In this document: piece after piece, positions 1 through 13,700 of the stretch
Position numbering within the stretch: position 1 is the first letter of the stretch
Layout: every line of letters begins with the position of its first letter
DNA from: Trichosphaerium sp. ATCC 40318
Taxonomy: Eukaryota; Protista; Tubulinea
Direction of reading: 5' to 3'
NCBI GenBank assembly: GCA_038496445.1
Contig: JALMLS010000334.1
Location: 244,124 to 308,123 of the forward strand
Length of the DNA: 64,000 nucleotides
Program-made: the position numbers and the translations under genes
The notes under the pieces: model-generated
Databases searched by the model: none
What the model saw: only the letters and a program-made list of their open reading frames with translations
Told to the model about the DNA's origin: nothing

Positions 1-3000
1 CGTTTCTTTGTTTTAAGACTATTATTACCTTTCCTTTCCTGGATTGCAAATAAAAAAGAGTATATGTTGGCTGAAATACACCTAGCTTTGATGAACAGCG
101 TATGGTAGAGCGCAAGCTATTTTCTCATGAACATGATTTAACACATTTGGTGCTTGTCAAGTGCGGTATCCCATCAATACCTGCATGGTTGGAAAATTTT
201 GAGAATTTGACTTTATTGGTTTTGAGAGGGTACTACAATATTTGTTTTTTGCCGCTTGGCTTATTAATACTTTAAAGGAACAACGTTAAACACATTTTTG
301 ATGCAGTATTCCCGCCAGCTCTTGAACATCTTGACTTAAGGTACTGTTTGTGTATCTGCCCTATAACTTATTAGCGTTCAAATAGCCACAATCAGCTTAC
401 TCGACTACCGCCTCCCTGCTTGATGCATCTGACAAAGTTGAAGCATTTGAATCTAAGTTACAATGAATTGGTTGTAATTCCAGCAAATATTGCAGATCTC
501 AAAGCACTCAAAGTCCTTCTACTCCGACACAACAAAATTGAGTTTTTGCCAAACCAGCTCACGAAAATGTCTCTCCTTGAAGTCTTGGACTTGAAAGAGA
601 ACACCCTATCAGCTGTTACATTATCAGGCGGACAAGGTGCAGCTGGAAAACGATACGAAGGAGCTTCAATACGAGGTCTGTATGCATTTCTTAGTCAGAT
701 TGCGACCAAAGCTGTCAAAAAGCTATTGCGTGTCAAGCTCATGTTCGTTGGTGATGGAAATGTTGGAAAGACTAGCTTGATTAACTATTTCGCAACGAAT
801 AAATTAAAGACGAACCACGAAGAATATAACACAGCAACAGATGGTATTGATATTTCTCAAGTCGAAGTAGATGGTGTCATATTTGATTGTTGGGATTTCG
901 CAGGGTACAAATTCTCTTTTTCTTGGTAAACATAATGGTCCGTGACTAACCTTTTATCAACAGACAGACATTGTATTATACTACACACCAATTTTTCTTG
1001 TCGTCCAAGGCCATTTACGTCGTAAGTTTTTGTTTCTCTTCAAGTTTCAAAAAGTTAACCATTCACGTGACAGGTTGTGTTTAAGTTGACGGACCCTGAC
1101 TTGTCCAAGGTTGAGTACTGGCTTAAATCTATCAAATTACGTGCTGCTGCTCATGCGAGTCATAAACCAATGATAGTACTGGTTGGCACACACGTGGATG
1201 ATAAGAAATGCACAAAAAAACATGTGGACGAATACATTCGTAAGGTAAAGGCTAATTTCAAAAAGTACAACTTCCTGGATATTTTCGTTGTGAGGTTCGT
1301 ATTCTTTGCATCCATTTTTTTTACGCTGACATTTGTTTAAAGCAACCACAAAACCAGAAAAAAGTCGAACATGAATCAAATTACAAATCTAAAAGCTTAT
1401 ATCCGAGAAGTCGCTTTTGAGAAGCGGTTAGTTGGTAAATCCATTCCAAGCAACTACTTTGAGCTCATTGAGGTACATTCAACATTTATTGCATTCGAAT
1501 TTAGGACCTATTTGTGCACGTGTTGTAACTGAACCACTTTCAAGGGAATAACTAAAATCCGAACAAACGCAAAAGCGATTATTACAGCTCAGAATGAAAA
1601 GGAATCCCTGAGTAACGCGCCAAGTAGTTCTAATCAACCATTCATGTCAATGGCGGATTTTAAGCAAGTACTAACAGGCTATGCTATCGACGAGATGGAG
1701 GATTGCATCACCTCTCTTCATGCAATGGGATTTATAGTACATTTTATGGATGACAGAGGTACGCATTACATCTCTAATGTACCCAAATGTCAATGACTAT
1801 TCGATAGTGTTGCGTGATATCATATTTTTTGATCCTCAGTTCTTGACAAACCTCATGTCTTCTTTCGTATCCCTCACAAACAGATTCGTTGAGGGAGTCC
1901 TCGATAGTACATCTGTCCCTATTATACTGAAGAAATACCCACAGCACCTTCACAATATATTTATAGAGCTCCTCACCAAGTTTGAAGTTACGTATCCGAT
2001 GGGTGATGGCAGAATTCTTGTGCCATGCATGCTTGCTGCTGAAATACCTAAAGCTACCAAGGAGCCATTACAAATGCGCTTCATTTTGCCGCCAACGAAC
2101 AAGTACGCTAACTCCCTTACTTACTTTGTGGTAACCAATTTTATAAGAAAACAATATGGTCGCATCTACAAGTTCCAATTTCTTCCTTTTGGTTTTACTG
2201 ATAGACTGATAATCCGTATTCTCAACATTCGTGGTCTTAAGCACAGGAAATTATGGAGGAATGGCATCCACGTGGTGCTTGATGATCAAGAAGGACTCCT
2301 TATTTACGATACAACACGGTATAAATTAACAGTGACAGTACACACCCCTGGACCGTAAGTGTTTACTTTGGATTCCTGATTGTACTTACCAACTTTGTGA
2401 TTGTAGTACAACGCTCTTCGTTCAGTTGATGCTTGCTATTTCGTCTTTGTTGGAGGTGTTCTACCATGGTATGTCACACCTCGTCACCAAGAAGATTCCA
2501 ACAACCTATATACTCAGTAGAAACCCGTAAGATGCTCGCTTTCTTTATTTGTTCCGATTGTTCTAATTCAGCCTAGACAAACTGATAAGTCGTTTGTAAG
2601 CTACGATGAAGTAGTAAAAGCGTTTATTAGTGGTAAAACTACAGTTGAGAGTGGCGTCGTTCCTCTTCAAATCCACCAACTTGCCCCAGACGTATGTTTT
2701 TCAGCATTGCCTATCATCGATGGTATTGCCACTGGGCGAAAACTTGGTGAGGGTGGATTCGCTATTGTGTATAAAGGCATGTGGGAAGGCCACGAGGTAG
2801 CTATTAAAAAGATCAAGCGAAAAGGATCAGGCTCTGGGAGCACCTTAGAGGAGTTCAAGTCCTTTTCTCACGAGGTTTACTTAATGAGGTATGACTATCC
2901 CATTCCTGTGTTGTGCAGCTATACTAACACGTAATGTAGTAAAATGAAGCACGAAAACTTGGTCAGACTCTACGGCGTAACCTTAAATCCGTTGTGCATG

Positions 3001-6000
3001 ATACAGGTAATTACTTTGTCATCATAATCCAATTTTGTATTGATTCTTTCCTCAAGGAGTTTGTTCACAACGGATCGTTGGATCATCACCTACATAACAG
3101 CAAACTATCTGATGATGATTTCTCATGGAGACTTCGTAAGAAGATAGCCTTTGATATGGCTAAGGGTCTTCGATATCTACAAAACTTACATCCACCAGTA
3201 CGTTGAATCAACCTAACATCAAATTTATTTGATTGTCCTAACACGTGATCTTCAAGGTCATTCATAGGGATCTCCGAAGCCCAAATATATTTGTATGCAC
3301 TTAATCTCTATTCTATTTTTTCATTGACAGCGCTTTTTCTTTAGATAGAATCATTGTCTCTTGATGCACCTGTCAACGCAAAAGTTGGAGATTTTGGTCT
3401 GTCACAGCAAGCTCATCCTGCGCTAAGCGAGATTTTGAGTACATGGCAATGGCTAGCTCCTGAAGTTTTCGATAGTCATTCTCGTCAATACAACGAAGCG
3501 AGCGACTTGTACTCCTACGGCGTAGTTTGTTGGGAATTGGCTTCCAGATCATTCCCTTTCACTGAGTTTTCACAATTTCTGTCAGTGAGGGAAGAGACGT
3601 TATCTGCTGAACAACTTTCTGATCCTGCTCTTGTTGATCAACTTAAGCTACAAGGATGGGAGATTGATGGTAACAAGGCCGTGTTACAAGGTAACCTCTT
3701 ATTTATTTCGAAAAGATTGAAAAGATCTTTTTTGTTGTGAATCGTGTTTGCTGATATTAATAATCTCAGAGTTCAAACAACAAAACGTGAAACGTGCTAT
3801 TATTTCTGAAGATTTAAGACCTACAATACCCAAAGACACGCCAGGGTTTTTTAAAGATATTATACGCCAATGGCACGTGGCTTTAACAAAACAATAATTC
3901 CATTACTACAACGTCTAACAACCTCTCTACAGCTGGACCAAGCGACCACAGAGTAGACCAAAACCAGATGAAGTTGTAGAAATATTAGCTAAGGAGCTTG
4001 GTATATCAGCAGCGGATAGACGTAAATCTCAAAATGGTGGCCTATCTCGCGTGATACAGACGAAAAAAAGTATGTACTGCCATTCTTGTATTAGTTGTAC
4101 TCATTCACTTTGTTATAGCCAATACACAGCTGTTGTCACGATGTGCTGTGTTAACTCCAACTTCCCGCGTTAGTAGTTGTGTTTTCCTCGAGCGCACAGA
4201 GCAACTATGGTAAGTGAAGCCTTTTTTGAGTTGTTCTTCCCTTACATGATTTTGTTTCAGGCTGGGTTGCGATGACGGTAGAGTGTATATAATGGACACG
4301 AAGCATGGATCTACTAAAACAACGCTCTCTGGGCACAAATGTCCAGTGACTAAACTCAAATCAGCCGGCGCTACAATTTGGAGTGCTGATGAATCTGGGA
4401 CATTAATCTTGTGGGACGGCTATGTAAGTAAAAATTTTCCTTGTAGTGTTTGCTTTCCCTGACAAAATGAACCCTTTAGAACCATCACATGAAAAACACG
4501 TACTGTATACACGAAGCAGCAATTACGGATTTCTTTTTCACAACAGACCCTCAAGGCAAGCGCCACCTTTGGAGTTCGGATACTCAAGGTGTCCTGATTA
4601 TTACAAAGTTGTTAGATGTAAGTTTCTTTTTAAACTCTCAGAGACCAGTTTTACATCCATTAACCAAACTCTAAGAAATCCTCCCACGAGCGAGTGAATT
4701 GCCTGAAATTCAGAAAGAGTATTGCTGCTATGGTCATACAGGAGAAAAACGTACACTGTGGTTTTTTTTTGTTGACAGTTTTGTTTATTTCTTTTTAGTT
4801 GTGGGTTGCATCACACAAAGATATCTTTGTCTATGACTGTGAGAGTCTTAGAGAAGCATCGTCTTTCCGACCATTTCCTTCAGGGCCTGTAACAAGTATC
4901 ATTTCTGTAGGCCAGTACATTTGGGTTGGTGGCGCAACAATCAAGATTTATGATGCAATGGCCAAGCTTGTGAGGACTCTGGACGGACATGGCGGTCCAG
5001 TCTCATACATGCATAAAGTAGTCGTAAACGGCGGGCGTGTAACTGTATGGACAGGGTCAGAGGATAGCACCATACTCGTATGGGACGCAGGCGTACGTAC
5101 CAACCTACAAAAAGATTTTATTTTATTGTAAAATGGGTTACACCAAAACTAAAATTTCATCTAGAACTACGAATGTTTACAACTCCTGAACAAACACAAC
5201 GATAAGATAACTTGTATCGATAACGGTGGCAGGCACGTGTTTATAAAAATAAGTAATAATTTTTGCTTACCATACTTAAAGTGCATCTCGTGTGGCTTCT
5301 GTTAGTTGGAAGGATCTAGCAGTGTCTATTTGGGAGTACAACCAAGCGGTGGTCAACACTTTGCGAAAGCCAAGCACAGAAGTTGTACACGATAACAGTG
5401 CGTATTCATTCACCTGGTTTAGTATTTAACACGTGTCTATAGAATTACGAGAATTCACACCACCATCATCCAAGGTCTCCAGTATATCTCGTATACAGGC
5501 AAAGGGTAAAGAAATAAGAGAAACAATTGTTACTGGAATCAGTAAGACCAAGCAAAGTGCTCCAAGTGCGTTAGATAAAAAGTGTTTGTACGCTTGTTTT
5601 TCGCTGATTTAAAACAACAGAATCGCCAACGTCTCCTACTCCAGAGACTCGCATGGCCTTTACCGAAGAAGATCCACTACGTGCAAGCAAGGAAGAAATG
5701 AGAAACGAGTTGAAGAGCGTCTTGCTGGCATCGAACAATAGTGCAAGTAACAGTTGGCACGCTTCGCCAAACGGCAGGAAGCATTCAAGGAATATATTCC
5801 CAAAACGTGATGAAGAGGAGAGTTCAGGCTCAAAACAAGGATTCACAAAGAATTATTTCAGTCGCAAAAATAATAACTTTGCACAACGCAAGGTACGAAC
5901 TACATTCCCTTATCTAGAGTTTTCTAATTGATGTAAAGCGACACACAACGGACTCTGACGAAGCACCATCGAGTCCTTACGCCAACCACATTGCAAAGCA

Positions 6001-7011
6001 GCTTCGTAGGGAGGACAAGCAGACAAATTTCAAAATTAACAGCACAAGGAGGCGACCTCCACTCCAAACAAAGGCTTCCTTCAAGCTCGAGATTCCAAAA
6101 GATAATGCAAACTGGATGGAAGCAGCTGCTGACGGAGCAAAGCAAGGCTTCTCAAGCCGTGCGTCATGGACACGATCTACTTCAGGTATGCAATAATCAC
6201 CATTATTCTTCATTGCCGTCATCTCTTGTGCTGATTTGCCGCAGCTGTTCCGCAGAATGGATTTGTTGGGATGTCCTTGAGCAGAGTAGATAGTGGACGA
6301 AACTTGGTTAAAGCTAAAAGCAGCAGTGGAAATGGACTATCAACACCACCGGTGCCAATGCGCACACGAAAATCTTTTTCGCAACCTTCGAACAGATCAG
6401 ACTACTTGGTGATAAACAAGGGCACAGGACCTACCAACTTGAGCACATCGCCTCCAAAAAGGTTACCACCTAGTCCTACTATGCCGCCACGAAATATTCC
6501 ATTAAGACCTCCTGCAACACCTCCAAAGTCACCAGGAAGTCGGCGCATGCGACAAGCGTCAGTGGGAGCAGCTCCAAGAACCCTTCCACAAACACCTCCT
6601 TCAAGTTCTCCAAAATGGTTTCAAAGGAGGACGCCCAAGAAAGGGTCACCTAGAAATATAAAGATTGGAGGTAAGTCTCCGTTCTCATCACCACGACGAG
6701 ACATTCGTAAATCTCCCAAGTCGCCAAAACCCAAGGTGATGTTTCAGAATCCAAATTCGCCAAAGGTCACGTTCCAGAAGCACTCACCTAAGGTGTCGTT
6801 CACAAAGAGACCGTTCGCACCAAAAAAGAGACCAAATGGAAAACGTTCACCACAAACACACAGAAAGCTGCCGAAAATAGGTGGAAAGCGCTCAATAGTG
6901 CGACCAAAGGTGGGCAGTAAAAGGCCACTGCCAAATCCAAAAAAAGGAGGTAGGCAAAAACAGCTTAGAGCATCGAGAAGTCTTCCTCGCACACCAAAAA
7001 AGTTTTACTAA
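1..7011 (+). CDS. Roco-family kinase (LRR-Roc GTPase-COR-TKL kinase-WD40 plus basic Pro/Ser-rich tail); multi-exon, 5' end outside the window
   Basis: LRRs (LKHLNLSYNEL); Roc P-loop KLMFVGDGNVGKTSL, ATDGIDI, WDFAG, VLVGTHVD; COR (IFFDPQFL, FLPFGFTDRLIIR); kinase LGEGGFAIVYKG, VAIK, HRDLRSPN, DFGLS, WLAPE; WD40 (LDGH..VWTGSEDSTILVWD); stop at 7011. Confidence 0.93.
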
Positions 7012-7321
7012 AAGCAAAAAAACACTAAAACAACCAAAACAAAACTCCAAAAAAAAAAAAACTTGCTAGAAGTTGTTGGTGGTAATGACAAGCTTATTAA
7101 CCAAAACCACAGACCAAACAACCGGTCGCATGGGTTCACACCGCCTCAGCCGCAATTGTACAATAGGAAAGAGTGGGACTGTATTGATTAACTAAAATTT
7201 GTTTGTAACAAGAAAATCCCAAGACTCACGTTTTTTTGAGAACACGATTGACTTTTAGAATGTCTGCTAAGTCTGTTCCAGCTACAGACTGTAGCACTGT
7301 TTCCCGAACGTAGCACCTTAG

Positions 7322-7740
7322 ATGGTTCTCAGTGTACGCAAGGTTGTAATAGACGCGTATTTGCTGATTGTAACTACAGGCTATTTATTCCAGCTCTCCA
7401 GACATCATCAGATACTTGATAGGGTACGCCAATGCGCCATGAAACTCATTTCAGGCCGATAAGGCTACTAAATAATATTAAACGTCTGTTAGAGGTTTAT
7501 TGCTACTCATAGGCGTACTACTACCTCTGGGTATTACAGCCATAAAAACATCAGCCATTAAGGTGCGTTAGAATGGGAACTACGTTTTTCAGCGTTCTAA
7601 ACAGCTCTCAATAGCACAGCTTCACCACGTCGCGTGTAAAATTCTCATCAAAACGTTGAGTGTGTTGACCACGTTGATACCAATCGTAAAGCTTGAAAAT
7701 AACTTTTTTACCTTTACAGGTAATGCGATATACTCAATAA
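7322..7740 (+). CDS. Candidate small membrane protein (about 77 aa, 4 introns), absent from the ORF track
   Basis: Removing four GT-AG introns (donors gtacgc, gtacgc, gtgcgt, gtaaag) gives one open frame MVLSAIYSSSPDIIRYLIGGLLLLIGVLLPLGITAIKTSAIKLSIAQLHHVACKILIKTLSVLTTLIPIVMRYTQ*; the true 5' end is uncertain. Confidence 0.5.
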
Positions 7741-7790
7741 TACTTTACGCGGAGCCACTTGGCGTATGGTTATTGTACATAATACATGAT

Positions 7791-10700
7791 TCACCGAAAC
7801 AATGGCGTTTTTGCTGGTGTGCGCCGTTTAAATGGGCTTGATTTCGCAGGGCTGTCTCTTAGCCTGAGGAGACCCTTTTTGTTCGGATTATCGATAAGAT
7901 CCTAGTAGTACTATGTAAGAAGAACTGTCTTTAAATCTTATGCAATTGTGGTACGTACAATGATGCGTTGAAGCACAGCAGAGCAAAAAGTCTCCCCTGC
8001 AATGACGGGATTGTTACTAGCAAAATCTACAAAACTTCTCGTCTCTTTTTCAAGCCGTTCCAGTTGTTTTGGTGTTGGCGAGAATCTACGTAGGCTAGGC
8101 TCTGGGCTTTGTGAAACAATCTTTTGTATGTAGTATTGGAGAGTGTGCCATATGAGGAATAATGTATTCTCAATATTATCTGCGAAAGAAAACGGAAAAG
8201 TTAATGGTTTGGATCACGTCGCATTTTAAATAGCGTACAAACTAAAGTTGTCACATGTTTTTTGTTCTCGTTTATGCGTTGATACAGCGCTAACCGCGCC
8301 AGCTTCAACATCCGTTGTTGTTCCATCGTATCCACAGGTTCTCCAGGTATCAACTTGAGAGTATTACGTTAATTCATGATAACACCAATATGAATCCACA
8401 AAGAAAAACTTTAAGTTTGTGTACCTCATTAATATCTGTATTTGTTAGTGGTGAGTTATCCTCGAACTTTGCAGTATACATGTTGGTCTGTAAATTAGTC
8501 TGCCGAATATCCATAATGCAACGTTTAACATAATCCATGAGCATGCGCACTGGTGGTTGATTGGTGTCGTTTTTGCCCCACAAATCTAGACAAAGAGAGT
8601 TAGAAATACTACTAATTATTTATGTTGAAGAATTTGCGCACTGTTGGAATTCTGCTGCTGCTCGTAGCTGTCAGGGGAGAACATAGGTTGTTGGTTTGCT
8701 AAATGGCGTAAGATTAGGTTGTAAAATGAGCAAGTTGGGTTGTTGTACTATCGTAAATGAGAAGCCTCATGAATCCAATAATGCTACGATTCATCTGAGC
8801 AATGATAAAACTGACAGATCGTTCTGACGTGAGTGTGTTGTCAGCTTGTCCTGGTCTAAACTTCTTTGAACTATATTTTACAAGTAAATCACGCATGAGC
8901 ATAGGAATACGCGTTTTGAATCGGTCTTGCAACTATTGGCAAAAGGAATTTAGTAACAACATCACACTCAACTCGTGGCTGGTAGCCAGTACATACCGAA
9001 GTTGTCACATATTTCCAGTGTTTACCAAGACGCTTGATGATAGCAGCAGCCAGGCTAACTGACTTCAACCTGTCCGTAAAGAGTGCTTTGGTAGGTTAGT
9101 GTCAGAGTATACTTCATTTTTAACTTACTCTGTGCTCTATCAGACAGTATGCCTGTAAAGGTAGGGAAGTGACTTTCAATAAAGCCTAGCACCAGTCGAG
9201 CCAAGGTCTGGTCCTTTGGTTTAGATTCCATCATTGTATGCACGAGTTGTAAGACAGCCAATAGCATTTGGTAGTACCGCGCAATGGCTGGAGGTATCCA
9301 TGTATTGAAATCTGAAGAGAATCCCGTGTTAGATCCATAAACTTTTTAATTATATTTATACGCACCAGATGCTTCGTCACTCTCTGGTGGATGTGCATCA
9401 ATAAATGTGCTGTTATTAAGTATGTGAAAAATTCCATTGTAGACAAGGTTATCAGCGCCTCGAGGGGACATAGCAACTCGTGTTAAGAAGGTCATTTTGG
9501 CGTCAAACACATATATTAAACTAATTGAGGTTGCTGATGGTCTCATCAAGTTCTTTAGTGCAATATCTTGTTTTCCAATCTCTACAATAAAGTTCTTGAG
9601 CATTCCCAAATTATTGAGAACGCCAAGCCACGTCGCTGATGAGTCGTAGAAGAACAAAGCATCAAGACAAGTAAAAGACTAAATGGTTGTTATTTGATAC
9701 CTTTTTTACATATAGTTGGACGTACGACTGTTTTCCATATATCCTCGCCGTCAGACGCATCCATAGCTAATTGGGCAACTAAATCTGTACCCGTTCGTTC
9801 GATGACTTGTCGGTTACCGCTCTCCAGCGCTTTTTCCTGATCAACAAGGGAGTTGACCCACTACAATACTGTGAACCCAATTGCAACAAGAATAAACGCG
9901 TACACTTTCAGCACTGCTAGTATTAACTGCTTCCATAATAACAGCTGGACGTGTTGTGTATTGCAAGTAATTGAGCATTGCAGCGTAGATATTACCTCGC
10001 ATGGCATTCGTACCACCAAATTTTTTAACTGACAAGATAAGCTTCTCAAAGATGCTGTGCAACTCCTCAACAGGAACAAAGTTGCCAGCCTCGAAATCTA
10101 TTTGAACCAAAAACGTCAAAACAAAAACACAAAAAAGGCTTATGTTACCTTGTCTGCTCACATCTCTCGATCGAATACGTCCTGTATGTCCGTATTGCTT
10201 TGTGCGCAAGCATTTTAACAGTGTTACACAAGCGCTTGCCAAGTGTCTAGACAAATCCAAGTCGAAGTTCAACTTTCGAATTTTGCTTTCTCCAAGACCA
10301 CCAATCACTTGAAGCTCACTTAATTTCATCAATACTCCCTTGATTAACTCATAGATAATACTTTCAGCCTCTGTGTCTCTGAAACTTGTGTTAAAACTTG
10401 GTGCTACCAGTAAGAATAAAGCGTACGTGAATAATTTCGGGAGGTGTTCTAGAGACACAGCTAACAGTTCATTCCATCCCTCCATCAGCTTTGCCATTAC
10501 GCCATACGAGGAGAAAAATAGATTCAACTCTTCTATGTAACTCAGTAAAGTATCCATCTGTGTTTGCGTTAGATACAACAAATATACTGATTAACGAGGG
10601 GTTACCTCTGTGACGTATTGTTTTATCTGTCTCATCATGTTTTGATCTGACCTCAATCGCCTTTTTTCACCATCCTATTCACAACAAGTCAGAAACGATA

Positions 10701-13700
10701 GCTGAGAGTCATATATAATAAATAGCTCATACCAAAAACTGCTTGAGCAGTGGTATATCTACAGTTGGATTGCCGCATGTTTCTACTCTTACAAATGGAG
10801 ATAGGTCAAATTCTTGGATAAGCGTCAATGATGGTCTAACAGGATCCTTTAATTGCAAGTCCAACCCATCCAACATTTGGTGCATCCTTCTCCTATCTTG
10901 GGCCATTGGCTGATCGAACAATTCTGGTTCATCACTGGCACTACCGCAACAAAATTATTCATTTCCTTTTCGATAATATATTTAATGACGTACGTTCTAT
11001 CTAGCTGCCGCGTGATTGAGTTGTTCATGGCGAACAACAACTTGATAAGTTTTGAAAAGTTATTGTTCCTTCCAACATGTAACTCTAATGCGAGTATCTT
11101 TACGCTCCAAGCACGTTGTTGTACTGTAGCCAAGTAGTCTTCTTCAGACAACTGGTCATACAAAGTAAATTCTAGCTTTTTTGCAAGTCGCTCAAAAAAA
11201 TTGCCTACAAACAACTGTTAGTATCTACTTCCTTTTTTTTTCCATGGCGCGTACCCTCCATCGTATTTAAGCGCAAGAAATCAAGAACCTTGTCACTTGT
11301 ACTTGAGCACGTGCATAACCTGTAAAGAAATTCAAGGCCAAGTGCAAGAAAAGAAGCATTCCAATCAGAGGGGTTGTTAATCATGGCCACAACCACGTCC
11401 AGTATACTACATGGTGACTCTTCAATGGTCCATCCTCCAGTAAAAAGCGTATCGGCGATTGGAAAACCGAGAATGAAGTGTGTGAACGAAAACTCAGGAC
11501 GTATATTGTCCATAGCTACTGCCATGAATTCCTTTTGCATTTTTCTTGCAACAATTATTAGTTGGACAAACTTCTTGAGTTTTATATACGCACAAGGCAA
11601 TCTCGTCCTCGTCTTCACCATAATCAAGTGAATCTTGCAAAGGAATACTTGTTTTGAATTGAATTGTTTCTGAATACGCTGTAACAAGCTCAATTTGTAA
11701 CTTTGATAGAATCAAGCTCTTGTGGATATTGCCAGAGAGTCCAGTCAAGATATGCAAGATGCGCACAGACAAGAACCTTTTGATATAAAGATAAGGAAAA
11801 CATCAAAAAACAAGCAGGTAAAAACACCAAATGCAAAAAGTTGGCCAACTAGGCTATCGCAAAGGTGAGTACGTACTTAATTTTAAGGCGATGAGGGTAG
11901 TGAACAAGCCTTGCAATATTTGCGAGGTACTTTGGATCAGAGGTTAGCATCATCTCGAGCTGCCCTAAATTGGTAGGTGCTTGGGATATTCTGTTCAACT
12001 CTATTACATAAATTCGGTTAATACAACTTTGGCAATACTAGACAAAATAAGGGACCAGTACCTAAGAAAGCTTGTTGCTTTGATAGTCCAGCTTCAATGA
12101 CCTGCAATGCTAGTATTACAGCACGTTCGAATTGGTTACCATTGGCTTCGAAACGTTCATTTGCGAGGTGGTTTACTCCTTCACCGATGATATAAAGTAT
12201 TTTCTCAAGCAATCTGTTATTGGATGATAACAAGTACTTCATCAATAAATATCCAACTGAGGTGTGCGATATGAGTTCTTGGTTGCCAAGTTTAACCACG
12301 CTACGATTAAAGTCCTCTGGAAGCGGATTGTAGTACTTCAAAATCAAGTCAACAATCGCCAAAGCATTACTAGCAACCTCCCATTTGAGGTGATTCTGAG
12401 CATAGCGTCTACCCGAAGTCAAAACAAACGCAAATCCAACAAAAAAGAAAGAAAAAAAAAAGGATTGTTCGTGACGGATGAAGTTTACCTCAAATCAAAA
12501 CGTGAGAATACTTCGACTATCACAAAATGAAGGTACGGCCAAGGCCCTGGGAATCTCTGGCGATCACCAATAGTGTTAAGTTCTCTAAATCCGGAATCTG
12601 CGAAGGGTTCGAACAAAGAATACAAGAAACTCATAAACGCGTTCGTGCAGTCGTAGGTGCCCATGTTGCCTTCAATGTTATTCAATTGATCGCGTATACC
12701 ACCCATGCCTACCAAATGTCCACCAGCGTCCATTGGCAATAGTCTACATGTCTCTAATCTTGACCACAATCCAGTAGCCAAGCCATCAACGCTAGCAAAT
12801 GCGCCCAGAGTTTGGTACACGCGACTCTTTAATGGTAAGTCGACAGCATGACATAGAAGTTCAAATGATCTATCTGGAAGTCGCCATTCATGATGGCTCG
12901 CCAGACGCTTGCCTACACCACTTGGATCTTCTGCAACAACTTTATTTATAAGCCTAAAAATGGCGACAAAGCCTTTCAGATCATTTGGGTCCAAAGGTTT
13001 TCGCAGAGGTGGATTTTGTAGAATAGCATTCTAGTCTTGTGTTAAAGTATCACTCTATTATCAAAAAAAAAAAGCTACCTTCAAGTCCTGCACTGTGCTC
13101 TCACAAGCTGCAAATATCATGGTCCACGACACAGCGGCACGTTGGTCAAGAAGAGCGTACACCTATTTAAAGAGTCACGTTATGTACGTCTAATGTGAAT
13201 TTAGAAGTACCCGCTCAGTGCCTTCAACACCTGTTGCAAGTCCAGTAAGAAGTTCTAAATACGACACAAACACGTTAGGCGCACTAGAGTTCGAAAGAGC
13301 CCTCGTGTATGCCACAAGTGTATCTTCCGTAAGGAATCTGTGGACACGTTCTGGGTGATCCTATGGATATCCATAAGAAACAAGAAGGACAAAAAGAAAA
13401 GGCGTACTTCAAGGAACAATCCGACTAATTTTGGAAGCCACTCAGATACTAATTCATGTTGAACGAGATTCTGTAGTTCCATAGTTTCAATAAACGTTGT
13501 TACCAACCCTTCTACCAAGCATCCAAATTCCTTGCCATTCTCACCTCGAGTGAGTTCCTTATGAGGCTCGAGCAAACTGACTATAAACGGAAGGGTGTAC
13601 TTAAAAAAAGAGTTAATCACAAATCTTGTTTGTCAAATAAAAAAAAAAACCCTAGTAATTTACCATGTCACATATCATTCTGACACCATTCCTGATGGTT

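Noticed and set aside
5233-5281. Possible sixth GCACGT GC-AG intron in Roco
   Set aside because: A GT donor 6 nt downstream gives the same phase, so it cannot be decided from sequence.
7330-7470. Minus-strand TGATGA...CTGA (C/D snoRNA-like) and an in-frame TGA suggesting selenocysteine
   Set aside because: No terminal stem, guide complementarity or SECIS seen; the region is better explained by the plus-strand spliced gene.
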